A DNA stretch of 64,000 nucleotides from contig JBBSVN010000001.1 of NCBI GenBank assembly GCA_038046765.1, forward strand, positions 18,108-82,107. Direction: 5' to 3'. The notes below the pieces were generated by a model. The model searched no databases and was not told the origin of the DNA. It was given only the letters and a program-made list of their open reading frames with translations. A program made the position numbers and the translations under genes. Of this stretch, positions 1 to 10,500 are shown one piece after another (positions within the stretch are counted from its first letter, which is position 1; each line of letters opens with the position of its first letter). Origin of the DNA: Candidatus Micrarchaeota archaeon (GTDB lineage: Archaea > Micrarchaeota > Micrarchaeia > Anstonellales > Bilamarchaeaceae).

Positions 1-914
1 TCCATTAATTTTGGATCAAATAATTTTTCGAATGGTTTGCCTTCGTGTTCTAATATTACTGATCTTTGAAACATTATTCTAGTAATATTTTCTATTGCGT
101 CACTACCTAAATAAGATAAAAGAGCATTATCTGAAATTAAATTAAAACCATCTATTTGGGTTGTTATTGGTACTAAGCTACCTGGGATCATGTCTACTTC
201 TCCTGAACCACTCGCTCTAAAAGCAAGTTCAAGTTTTAAGTTCATAGGACTTACTATAAAAAAGTTGTCCCTATCTCCATTCAAAATTACTGTTGCTGGC
301 ATATTCGCTGTCTGGTTACCAATTTCATATATGTTCGCTGCATAAGCCTCTCTCCTAAGTGCTCGTAATATCGCAGTTTGTAATACTGTAAGTTCTGTTA
401 CTGGAAAATGTATGGGGGTATATTGTCCGATTTCTCCAAAATTTCTATCTGAAACAGGTAAATTTCTTTTAGGATCCACTAAATCTCTTGCAGTCATTGG
501 TCCTAAGTATTCCTCTCTTGTCGCATTCTCACTGTTATTCACAAATAGGGTAAAATCCTCTCGTCCATAAAGTTTATCTGTATTCAATATTGCTTGTGCG
601 ATTACCCATTCTTGTGCAGTTACTTGTATTGGGTTAATCAAAATTCTAGGTTTAAGTAGATCTGTTACTAGTTTTAGTTCGGTTTCAAAGTTTCCTTTTG
701 CTATCGCGTTTATATCTCTTGCAATTCTCCCAATCTTATCTAGTTCTGCTGAACTAAATGGCCCGTCTTTTTTCATTTCTCGTTCGCGTAATCTGTTCGC
801 AATTACTTTGAAATCTTCTATGCTAAATTCTCTAGCTGCATTAAATGAGCATCTAACATTAACTTTGTGAATATTTCCGCAAGGTGTTGTTTGGGTTTGG
901 GCGAGTCTGATCAT
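1..914 (-). CDS. Hypothetical protein, runs off the left edge of the window (absent from ORF track)
   Basis: ATG at 914; manual translation is open to the edge (MIRLAQTQTTPCGNIHKVNVRCSFNAAREFS...); TTTATAAA box ~30 nt upstream; no recognisable motif. Confidence 0.75.
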   Translation of the reverse strand, partial: MIRLAQTQTTPCGNIHKVNVRCSFNAAREFSIEDFKVIANRLREREMKKDGPFSSAELDKIGRIARDINAIAKGNFETELKLVTDLLKPRILINPIQVTAQEWVIAQAILNTDKLYGREDFTLFVNNSENATREEYLGPMTARDLVDPKRNLPVSDRNFGEIGQYTPIHFPVTELTVLQTAILRALRREAYAANIYEIGNQTANMPATVILNGDRDNFFIVSPMNLKLELAFRASGSGEVDMIPGSLVPITTQIDGFNLISDNALLSYLGSDAIENITRIMFQRSVILEHEGKPFEKLFDPKLM

Positions 915-1015
915 ACTATAATTGTGTCAAAAAGTCTTTATAAATGTATTCTTTTTAACTTAGTTTTGCTAATTCGATTGTTACTATTAAATATTCTCCT
1001 GTCAAATTACTATTT

Positions 1016-1657
1016 ATGAATCCTAATCAATTAGTTAAACTGTTATTGCCATTGTTTCTTATTCCGCTGACACTGTACTCAGTTTCATTATTCGGTCATG
1101 ATGCGGGAAATGCAGTAATCGGAATCGCGTTCTTTATTGCAGTTGTAAAATTTGCGAACGAAAGCGAACGTAAATACATGATTATTCTAGCTGTTTTTGC
1201 AAGCATATTTGAGAGCGTAAACGTAATTAGCGGAGGATATAAATACATCGGAGCGCCTTTAGTCCCTCTTTGGGTTGGTTTAGGTTGGGGTATTTTAGGA
1301 TTATATTTAGTTAAAAATGTTGAAACTTTCAAAAGTATAAATAATAAAAATGCGTATATTCTATCAGCTATTTTCTTTTCTGCAGTGTGGGTTCTAACTG
1401 GCGCAAGCATTCCTTCGCTTGTTTTCTTAGGAGTCGCTATTTCAACTACTTATGTTCTTAGTTTATCCTCCAAATTCCCCGCATCATTTTTCTTATTTAC
1501 TGGAGTTATGGGGGTCGTAATCGAGTTCTTCGGAACTTCGGTTGGAGTTTGGAAATATTTCTTAAACGGTTTACCAATTGACCCGCCTTTACTCGCTTTA
1601 AGCATGGCATATTGTTCGGTTATCGCGTTTGGGATTTGGTTAAGTCGGATTGACTAA
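1016..1657 (+). CDS. Polytopic membrane protein of unknown function
   Basis: 213 aa, mostly hydrophobic, two related halves (E...G.(Y/W)KY...P.(W/L)). Confidence 0.7.
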   Translation: MNPNQLVKLLLPLFLIPLTLYSVSLFGHDAGNAVIGIAFFIAVVKFANESERKYMIILAVFASIFESVNVISGGYKYIGAPLVPLWVGLGWGILGLYLVKNVETFKSINNKNAYILSAIFFSAVWVLTGASIPSLVFLGVAISTTYVLSLSSKFPASFFLFTGVMGVVIEFFGTSVGVWKYFLNGLPIDPPLLALSMAYCSVIAFGIWLSRID

Positions 1658-1670
1658 ATTTATTTAAACT

Positions 1671-2444
1671 CTAACTGGATACGTTATTTAGTTTTTGCCA
1701 TTCTTCTTTAGTAAACCAAGCTACAACTACAAGTCCCCTGGATGAGTACTCACTTAAATTTAATCCATCTCCTGAGAAACAGATCGCAGATTTTATTTTG
1801 TTCTCTTTATATCCGATTTCAAAAGTTCCATTTAGCTGAGAATTTATAAATTCTGTGTGGTTTGTTGTGTGAAATGGAAATGTTTTATTTGATAAAAAAT
1901 TTGTGTTGTCTGCACTTACATTTACTTCTAAAATACAATCCGAACAAACTTCTCCATTCGTTTCTTTTATTATATATCTACAGTTACTAGAATTGTCGAC
2001 AAGAATTTCTAAAAATACCGTTACATTGGTCGATACACAACTTGGTTTTAATGCACTAGAAAAATAAAAACTTTTATTTCTTATTTCACCAGCGCTTATT
2101 TTATCTGAACTCCAATTTAGTAAAAATGTTGAAGTCTCTCTACCAATTGTTAGTTTAGAATTAATCTGACTATTAGCAACATTGTAATCTCTTTCCAGAC
2201 AGGAAAACTTATACTCTGTATATACCCTATCGAAATTTTTGTTTCCTGTATTCGCTAACGTAACTGGAATTCCATTATCTTTTGGATTATCCGAAATATC
2301 TATCTCAATTTTAGGGTTAGGAATAAGGTTTGGTACATTCAAAGTAATTCCTAAAAAAGCTAAAAATGCCAAAACAGTAATAATTTTATTTAACAGTGAT
2401 TGTTGTCTCCATGACTGTTTTAAACTTGCAATTAATTTTGTCAT
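1671..2444 (-). CDS. Hypothetical protein with N-terminal membrane anchor
   Basis: 257 aa ORF, one TM helix, many N-x-S/T sequons. Confidence 0.6.
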   Translation of the reverse strand: MTKLIASLKQSWRQQSLLNKIITVLAFLAFLGITLNVPNLIPNPKIEIDISDNPKDNGIPVTLANTGNKNFDRVYTEYKFSCLERDYNVANSQINSKLTIGRETSTFLLNWSSDKISAGEIRNKSFYFSSALKPSCVSTNVTVFLEILVDNSSNCRYIIKETNGEVCSDCILEVNVSADNTNFLSNKTFPFHTTNHTEFINSQLNGTFEIGYKENKIKSAICFSGDGLNLSEYSSRGLVVVAWFTKEEWQKLNNVSS

Positions 2445-2482
2445 TACATTACCAAAATTTCTTCGATAAAATACTACTTCAA

Positions 2483-3505
2483 CTAATTCAATATCGCCGC
2501 TATCCCGCCAATTCCCTTAAGTCTTTCTCCTGCATCGTTTTGCGCAGTAAATATAATCAGATAAGCACCCTTATGATCCGCATAATCAACTAATTTTTCA
2601 ACTTCCTTTGAATCTCGAAGCAACTCATCTAAAACAAGAAGCTTATTGACTTTGCCAGATTCCACAGCAGCTTTTACTCTCGGGATTCCATAAACAGCTA
2701 ATCCATTTTCCTTCCCTTCTTCTTCCATGATTTTTTCAATGTACTTTAATTCTTTTTGAACACGCTGTTCACCAATAATTTTTTCTACCGCGCCTCCTTT
2801 AAATAATTCGAGTATTCCAGAGCGCTCAGCATAACTACAAAATTCAAAAATAATTTTCTTAAGTAATTTTGGATTTTTATTTTCTAAAAATGTTTTTAAA
2901 TTGTCCTTTGTAAATCCAGGCCCAGCTACTAAGACAGTTTCCTCACTTCGGTCTATTTCCCGAGTTATTCTTGTATAATAATCCTCTGTCTTAGCTTCAA
3001 ACTTTTTAGGTTCATCACGTTTGCGTGCGTCATTGCTAAATTCTACGCCGTATTCAATTCCGTACCCTCTAACCGTAGCCACAAGCGCGTGTTCTTCATC
3101 AAGTACGATTATTCTTAATTTTGGTTTTTTGGTTTCTTTTTCTGCCTGTTCTATTCTTTTAATTTGGTAAGCTTTCCATTCTTTTATTATCTGGATTCTC
3201 GTTCCTATTTCAACATCTAAAGTGTGATATTTCCCCATTTGGATATACTCTTCAGGGCTTCCACGAATTATTTTTCCTAGTAGCCTAAGCCGGTTAAGCG
3301 TTTTAGAAAATTCGATGTTTTCAATTTTTATCGCAATGTGCATTGGTTTTTTTTCTTCTTTAGTGCCTATTTTGACAGTTCTAAAAGTGCCTGATTCTAC
3401 TTCGTCACCTACGCTTAATGACCTTTCAATGTGCCAGATATCTTCAAGGTTTTCTGTTCCTAGTATAAGTAAATTGGCTTTTCTGTCGAATTTGAATATT
3501 TTCAT
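2483..3505 (-). CDS. pelA: mRNA surveillance protein pelota (Dom34)
   Basis: EDIWHIER, RLRLLGKI, GKYHTLD, VAGPGFTK, LKGIGGIAAIL motifs; likely start ATG 3505 (MKIF). Confidence 0.95.
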   Translation of the reverse strand: MKIFKFDRKANLLILGTENLEDIWHIERSLSVGDEVESGTFRTVKIGTKEEKKPMHIAIKIENIEFSKTLNRLRLLGKIIRGSPEEYIQMGKYHTLDVEIGTRIQIIKEWKAYQIKRIEQAEKETKKPKLRIIVLDEEHALVATVRGYGIEYGVEFSNDARKRDEPKKFEAKTEDYYTRITREIDRSEETVLVAGPGFTKDNLKTFLENKNPKLLKKIIFEFCSYAERSGILELFKGGAVEKIIGEQRVQKELKYIEKIMEEEGKENGLAVYGIPRVKAAVESGKVNKLLVLDELLRDSKEVEKLVDYADHKGAYLIIFTAQNDAGERLKGIGGIAAILN

Positions 3506-3518
3506 GCAAGTCACTTTT

Positions 3519-4790
3519 CTAATATCCTTTTTCAAGTAACCATTTCCATAACGGTAAATATTTTATTTTGCCTTTTATTCCGAACCATTCCTCTTCTTTT
3601 TCATCATCATAGTCTTCTGTTATTATGATAAGATTCTGACACTTTAAGTCTCGACTTCCTTTAAGTAGTGCTCTTATTTCCCTATTTTTAGTATCTGGAT
3701 TTGCTAAATCAACACAAACTTGTACGAGTTTACTTATTTTTTCGTTCTCTGTTATTACAAAATCTATTTCTTCATTTTGCTGATTTTTCCAATAATAAAA
3801 TTTAAGTTTGCCTGATATTTGTGCTTTCTTTAACTCCATAGCAACTGTGTTTTCATAAATTTTTCCTTTATCTTGGCTCATTTTAAATGCCTTGGCAGTT
3901 ATGAAACCGTTATCGAAGCAGTATACTTTCTTATTTGATCTAATCTGTTCCTTTACCTTAAAGGAAAACTTATAAATTCTAAACAGTATAAAAGTTTCTT
4001 CTAGATATTTTATGTACTTGTCAATCGTGTGAATACTTTTACATACAGTTACGTCTTTAAGTGTATTGTAAGAATAAAATGCAGCTAAATTAGATATCAA
4101 ATAGTTTGCTAGATTTTCAATTCTTTGCGGGGCTCTTATTTTATATCTTTTTACGATGTCCTTGTATATGATCGCATCAAAAAGTAGGGAAATATAGTTT
4201 ACTAAGTCCAATTTTTTTACTAAAGGTTCTGGATATCCACCTGTACTTAAAAATTCATCAAGAGCCGCCTTTTTTTCATGATTAGTTAGTTCTGTTGTCT
4301 TTAAATTAAGAAACTCTCTAAAAGAGAAACTGAAGATGTATATCGGTATATATCTTCCAGTTAAGTGGGTTGCCAGTTCTCCGCTAAGTAAATTTGAGTT
4401 ACTTCCAGTAATTACTAATTTATAATTGCTTCTCTGAAGTCTATTTACAAAAAGTTCCCATTTGGGTAAGTTTTGTATTTCATCTAATACTATATAATCC
4501 GGATCATTATACCTTGTTTTTATTTTTGTTAAAAGTTCATCATAATCCTTTAATTCTACTAATTTTTCATTGTCAAAGTTAATGTAAGCAAAAGTTCCAA
4601 ATTCTTTTAATCGGTGTATTGCAAATGTTGATTTGCCCGCTCTTCTTGGCCCTATAATTACCCTAATAAGATTATCTTCGGGTTTTTTGAAGTTTGCGTC
4701 ACGTTGAATATAAAGCTCATTTACCTTTATTTCTAATTCTCTCTTTTGCATCTGTAATATGTTGTTTAGCTCCTCAGTCATATAAATCAT
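3519..4790 (-). CDS. AAA+ ATPase, AAA_14/DUF4143 family
   Basis: Walker A GPRRAGKST, Walker B LDEIQ, TGSNS, GGYPE, ENTVA, EIDFV, PLWKWLL; probable start ATG 4790 or 4781. Confidence 0.9.
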   Translation of the reverse strand: MIYMTEELNNILQMQKRELEIKVNELYIQRDANFKKPEDNLIRVIIGPRRAGKSTFAIHRLKEFGTFAYINFDNEKLVELKDYDELLTKIKTRYNDPDYIVLDEIQNLPKWELFVNRLQRSNYKLVITGSNSNLLSGELATHLTGRYIPIYIFSFSFREFLNLKTTELTNHEKKAALDEFLSTGGYPEPLVKKLDLVNYISLLFDAIIYKDIVKRYKIRAPQRIENLANYLISNLAAFYSYNTLKDVTVCKSIHTIDKYIKYLEETFILFRIYKFSFKVKEQIRSNKKVYCFDNGFITAKAFKMSQDKGKIYENTVAMELKKAQISGKLKFYYWKNQQNEEIDFVITENEKISKLVQVCVDLANPDTKNREIRALLKGSRDLKCQNLIIITEDYDDEKEEEWFGIKGKIKYLPLWKWLLEKGY

Positions 4791-4792
4791 AC

Positions 4793-4844
4793 TGCACAAA
4801 AGTTTATAAATTTGTGCATTACGATATACAAAGTGCACAAAAGT
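4793..4844. promoter_or_regulatory. Repeated operator-like motif upstream of the ATPase
   Basis: TGCACAAAAGT at 4793 and 4834, inverted TTTGTGCA at 4811, flanking a TTTATAAA box. Confidence 0.5.
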
Positions 4845-4902
4845 AGTTAAAATTTGGGTATAAAGCATAACCTTTTAAACACTTTTTGACACATATTTGG
4901 AT

Positions 4903-6831
4903 ATGACAAGAAGGCTCACTCCAAGTAGTGGCAATGTAATACCTATAGAAGCAGCTAGAACTAGAGCTTTTGCCGTCAAAACTGACCAAGATCACAAATC
5001 TTTAGGGATAGTTACTGGAGAAAGGGGAGGTTATGAACTAAAAAAATCTATTTTCAAGAACAATGGCACAACTGAATTATTTTTAGCAACTGATTTAAAA
5101 ACTAATAAAGAGGTAATCGTAAAAAGAGTAACTCTTAAGGCAGAAGATTCAACCTTTAAACTTGCCCCAAGGGAATTTGACATTATAAACTATCTAGATC
5201 ATCCAAACGTGGTTAAAGCGATTGATCAGACTATGACATCGAAGGAAAAAGACGGAAACCAGATAACCGAGTATTTCTTAGTAACAGAAAAAGTCGAAGG
5301 CAAAAATCTAAGGGAACATAGCGCTTTTGGCACTAATTTTTCAGAAGAAGAAAAAATAGAAATTATAACACAGATTTTGCAGGCACTAGAATATCTTCAT
5401 GATAGTGGCGTAATACACAGAGATGTAAAACCAGAAAACATAATGGTTCATAAAACAGAAGATGGAAAAATAAATGTAACTTTGGTTGATTTTGGCGTTA
5501 CGCTTACTGCAGTTAGTACTGGTTCAACCGCGCTTCTTCCAATATTTAGTAAGGGTTTTACTGCTCCAGAAGTTTTAGCATGTGCATCTGATGTTGATGG
5601 CAGAGCGGATATCTATTCTACTTCAGCAGTTTTGTCCTGGATTTTTACCGGTTTAGATGGAACAGATATGCAAACTAAATTAAGGACCAAAGAAGAAATT
5701 GACTGCATTGATGGTCAACTTTTAAGTATAATCAAAAAGGGATTAAAGGCAGACCCTGAAGAAAGATATCAAACTGCAAAGGAAATGAAGGAAGCTTTGG
5801 TTAGTGAGATAGAAGAAGGGGCAGATATTGCCGTAGTTGAACCCATTGACAAAGTGAATAAAATTTATCGAGAACTTAAAGCAAGAAAAATGGAATTAAG
5901 AACTAAGTATGCACAATTGGATCGTTCATTTAAGGAAAGCATGAGAAAAACTTTGAAATATGTTATCCCGTCATTTGTAGTTTCTGTAGCTAGTCTTGGT
6001 TATATTTTGACTGAACAACCAAAAGGACTGGCAGCTTTGCTATCTAGTATTGGAGTCTTCTTAGGTTTAACTGTTGCTGGTTTAGTGTTGCATTTTAAGT
6101 CCAAGGCTAACGCGGATAAACTTAAAAATCTGGATGACCTAGAATTACAAATCGGTGATCTTGCATCAGATTTAGAAGAAATTGAAACAATTCGGGATTT
6201 GGATTCTAAGCGTGATCTGTTTTTAGAAGCTAGATCAGAATCTTTGCTTAGGCTTAAGTCTTCAAAAAAAGCATTAAAAGAAGCAAAAGTCAAAACACAA
6301 GACACGGATGTTGTCGACTGGTTCCTTCTTGACCTTACAAGTAAAGAAATCCAAGTCCATAAAAACTTAAACTTAGAACAAACTCTTGCATTAGAAAGAC
6401 TAGATTTTGTAATTTTACCAAATAGTGTTATTGATGAGATTTTACAAGATGGTGCGTTAAGAGAAAAATACACAAAGCTAGGTTTATTCCCCTGCAGGAC
6501 TGGAACATGGGTAGAACTTGATGGAGAAAATTGTATAATAAAACAGGATGGAAAAAGTAAGAAAACAAAACTGCATATACAAGATGGCTGGTATAAAAAA
6601 GATAACCTCGGCATTCCTTCTGGCGAACCTACAAATGAAAATGATCAAGATGCAAGATTTTTGTGGAGAACTAAAAAATATGTTGGCCCTTTGGTCCGTG
6701 GCTTCGACTGGAACGACTTCAACGGGCAGGATGTCGGTGCCCTCAGAAGGCTCGACGGCGGTTACGGGGTGGCGTGCATTTCTCGAGCCAAATACGAAGA
6801 AATTTTGGCTCGATCTATTCAAAATGAATAA
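4903..6831 (+). CDS. Hanks-type Ser/Thr kinase with two TM helices, coiled coil and C-terminal putative DGR-variable domain
   Basis: VIVK, HPNVV, HRDVKPEN, DFG, TAPE, DIYS motifs; two hydrophobic segments around aa 355-398; C-terminal domain similar to 35139-36014. Confidence 0.85.
   Translation: MTRRLTPSSGNVIPIEAARTRAFAVKTDQDHKSLGIVTGERGGYELKKSIFKNNGTTELFLATDLKTNKEVIVKRVTLKAEDSTFKLAPREFDIINYLDHPNVVKAIDQTMTSKEKDGNQITEYFLVTEKVEGKNLREHSAFGTNFSEEEKIEIITQILQALEYLHDSGVIHRDVKPENIMVHKTEDGKINVTLVDFGVTLTAVSTGSTALLPIFSKGFTAPEVLACASDVDGRADIYSTSAVLSWIFTGLDGTDMQTKLRTKEEIDCIDGQLLSIIKKGLKADPEERYQTAKEMKEALVSEIEEGADIAVVEPIDKVNKIYRELKARKMELRTKYAQLDRSFKESMRKTLKYVIPSFVVSVASLGYILTEQPKGLAALLSSIGVFLGLTVAGLVLHFKSKANADKLKNLDDLELQIGDLASDLEEIETIRDLDSKRDLFLEARSESLLRLKSSKKALKEAKVKTQDTDVVDWFLLDLTSKEIQVHKNLNLEQTLALERLDFVILPNSVIDEILQDGALREKYTKLGLFPCRTGTWVELDGENCIIKQDGKSKKTKLHIQDGWYKKDNLGIPSGEPTNENDQDARFLWRTKKYVGPLVRGFDWNDFNGQDVGALRRLDGGYGVACISRAKYEEILARSIQNE
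6682..6813 (+). other. Putative DGR variable region plus downstream hairpin
   Basis: 61/93 G+C over 6685-6777 inside an AT-rich gene; NNC codons; perfect 10-bp stem TCGAGCCAAA (6783-6792)/TTTGGCTCGA (6804-6813). Confidence 0.6.
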
Positions 6832-6893
6832 TTAATTTTGAATATCGCGCGAAACTTATGAGAAATTATTCGTAGATAAAATCTAAAGTTTGT

Positions 6894-7487
6894 TTATCTG
6901 CTCTTACTAATCGTATTATTTATTATCAATTCTTCAAGAGTTGAATTTATTTCAAACATTCCTGATAAATACGTTCCGTTAACAAACACAAGCGGTACTA
7001 CACGCTCAGTTACATTGTATTTGACCATAAACTTATCATAAACGTCAAGTTCATTTTGTATAAGTACATTGTACCAGATAAAGTTTGTAACATTCTCGTA
7101 TTTTTGTTCTAGTTCGTTAATTTTCGGGTTTATAGAATTGGAAAACGGACAAAGAGGTGAATAAAAGTAATTAACTTCAAGATACCCTGTTTTGTTCTTT
7201 ATTGTTGTGTTTTGATTTTGATTCGTTTCGTTATTTGTTAGATTAACAATGTTTAGACCTGAACTATTCGTTTGGTTTATTCCAAGCACGTCTATTTTTA
7301 CAGGAGTACTATCATTTAGTTTGGTTATATTGGATTTCGTTATATTCGTCTTGTTTGTACTCTCTAAACTGGTTTGGCTGTTATTGCTCGTATTATCATA
7401 AAATCCATTTTTGTCGTTTTTTACACTCGTACAACCAGAAATGAGTAGCATTAAAGAAAAAAACGCTAGAATTAAAACTTTTTTCAT
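6894..7487 (-). CDS. Lipoprotein with thioredoxin/glutaredoxin fold (CPFS)
   Basis: ISGC lipobox, N/T-rich linker, YFYSPLCPFS, VPLVFVNG cis-Pro motif. Confidence 0.75.
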   Translation of the reverse strand: MKKVLILAFFSLMLLISGCTSVKNDKNGFYDNTSNNSQTSLESTNKTNITKSNITKLNDSTPVKIDVLGINQTNSSGLNIVNLTNNETNQNQNTTIKNKTGYLEVNYFYSPLCPFSNSINPKINELEQKYENVTNFIWYNVLIQNELDVYDKFMVKYNVTERVVPLVFVNGTYLSGMFEINSTLEELIINNTISKSR

Positions 7488-7541
7488 AGCTATTAGTTAA
7501 ACCGATTGTGTTTTAATTTTTAGGCTTTAATAATATTTACA

Positions 7542-10500
7542 ATGCGTAAGGCATTTTTCTTATTTCTCTTAATATTTGCGATAGCTCAGCTTGGTTTTTC
7601 CACTCCTTATTCTTTAACATCATTGCCTTGGGACGATTACGAATGGAAAAAAGCAAACCCATATATTTTGTATCCTGGCTCCACCGAAATCTTTGATGGC
7701 AATACTATGCACCAAAGTCTACAGTCGCTTAATCTTTCGAACCCAATTTATGATGGTATAACCGATAGTGCCATAAAAACAAATATGTTATCTGCAAGGT
7801 CATCCTACCAAAAAACCCTTGAACAAAAGGATCGATGTAATAGTTACATGACTATAAATCTGGTTTCTTATGGCTATTTTTCTCTTGTTTCAGGTAATCT
7901 TCTTATCGATCTTTTTAGTGCATTTAATTCAAAAAATTCAAAAGACATAATCTTTGTTAGTGGCGTTAAAGGATCAGAATATCTATCTCTTATTTATCAA
8001 AATACTGACTGCATGGCTTATTCAAGCAACTGGAAATCCATAATGACTTCTGCTACAAACAGTGTTTTATTAAGTCAAAGTCTAAACAATCAAATTGACA
8101 AAAACCTAAATTTGTCACTGCAAAAGCTATATTTTTCAGGAGTGTGTGAAGAATACTACTCTGGAATAGAAAGAGTAGCCTGCGATGAGATTGAGCGCAA
8201 TATACAATCCTATAATAAGTTAAATAAAAATCTTGATATTGATTTGTCGGCATTTAACGATGATATCTCCAAAAACAAACCCGTTACTTCCAAATTTGTT
8301 CCAATTATGACCTCCTTATGGGATAAGGACGGTGTAATAATCCTTGGTTCAGATATTCTTAATCAGTCTGATTCAACCCTAAATTCTGCGATATCTGTCC
8401 TTAATTTCAAAAAATTAGAACTAGAAAATGAATCCAAAAAAGTCGATTTAGCTATAACTGATGGAGAAAAGCAAAAATTATACCTTATCACAGAAGGTCT
8501 AGATTTTGACGGGGTTATTGGTTCTAATACAGATACGATCGCACAAAAATTTTCTATTTTAAAAAACAAACAAAAAAGAGCTAAGGATTTACAAAACAAT
8601 GCCTCAATTCCAATATCTAAAAAATCTTATCTTAAGGATTCTCTAAATAACATCAAAATTGCTAAAGATATCGTTAGTTCAAATAGCGAAGAATCTATTT
8701 TGCTATTGCTGGATGCACAAAACGTAGTTGAAAATAATAAAAAAATTACAGAAAAAGAGTTTGCAGATTTAGAAGAATCCTATCAAAGTAAAACTCCAAG
8801 TGTAGACATTGCAAAGAAATTTTCCGCTATAAGTAAACTTTTAAACCAAACAAAACCGGAAGATCCTTACGGAACACAGTTCACAGATTATGCTGAAGCA
8901 CGATCTCAAATAAAGGTATTAAAAGAACAAATCAATGGGTACGATCCTGTTACGCAAAAGCAGGCAGATCTTTTATTTTTAGATGTTGAAAAGTTAATTA
9001 AAAATGCCAAAAGCGATGGGTTAGACACTATTTCCGAGGATTTAAAGTTTAATCTAATTAAGGACTCAAGGTCCAAAACCTTATCTTTGGAAGTTCTAGG
9101 TGATATTCGATCATCTATCCTAAAAAAGGCAGCAAATACATACTCTGATTTACAATCTCAAAGTGATCGGTTACACTTCCTAGTAGACGGCGTAGCTGAT
9201 TTATATTACTATCAATCGAAACTTCTGGATGCTGAAAACGGTCTTTTCAAAAATGGCAATTTAATCGTTGATGGAACATCTATCGGTCGTTTATCTGGTC
9301 TCAAAAATACCTACGATCGTCTGGAACTAGATCTATCAAAGTACAAATCAATTACCTTATCCGCTAAACTTGTACCTACAATTATTTTCTACACTAATGG
9401 CATATTACTTGATGAATCCGTTCCTTACTCTTTGGCAGTGAATATCGATAATCCGTTTGGACTGGATGCAGAAAATGTAAAAGTTTCAGTTACTATTCCC
9501 CAAGGACTTATGTTTACCAAATCGGACATTAAGCAAGGAAGCGAAAATATAATCGATATTACCTTAAACAAAAACCAGCTTGAACTTAATCTAAAGAATA
9601 TATCTAAATATTCCAATTATCAGGTCGTTTTTGATAAATCAGCTATTCTTGCACGTTCACTTTCAACTAAAAAATTCGTTTATGGTACTGGGGCAGGTGG
9701 CGCAATTTTAGATAAAAACACTACAATCATGCTAGATACTGATGGAAGTTTGATCCTAAACTCTTCTTCAACTTATATTGTTGATGGCAATGAGTACCTA
9801 GGAGAAGTTCTTTCTGCCGGAAGCCACGTATTAACTAGCCAGATCAAGCTGTTTAACGCTTATAATCTGAGTTACGAAAATTATCAAACAAGCAGGTTAG
9901 GGTTAAACCAAGTTGTTTCTTATGACGAGGTTATTAAATCCGATGTCGACCTTGATAAAGTTCCTGTTTTCATTAGTGACAAAAATGATCAAAAAATCTC
10001 GCGTGTTAATGTACTTGCAATAACTAGTCACAAAACTTTGAATAAAGGTATTTTAAGTAACGGTATATACAAAACCGAAGTTTATGAAATTAAAAAACTC
10101 ACGAATGCGACACTAAAAATAAGCTATATTCTAGAAAATGTCAGTGATTACATAAATGAAAAAATAATCCTCCTAAAAGGAGTCACTAATAATAGTCAAA
10201 TTCTTTCTTTAGTAAATGCTGCACAAAGTGATTTGCAAAATAATGATACTTCAAATGCCGTTATAAATATTCAAAAAGCACAAAATGAGCTAGATCGGTT
10301 GAACTCTATTTTAGTGCAAAAACAATCAGAATACGATTCTTTAAGAGAAGCTGTTGACGCGCAATATATTCGTGTTAGTGCTGCACTTTCAAACCTCGAT
10401 CAAAAAAGTGAATTCTATTCCTCCTTCCTAAAACGTAAAAATGAACTTTCAAAAACACTTTCAAATTCCGATGAACTTAAACAAAATCAAATTGAAAAAG

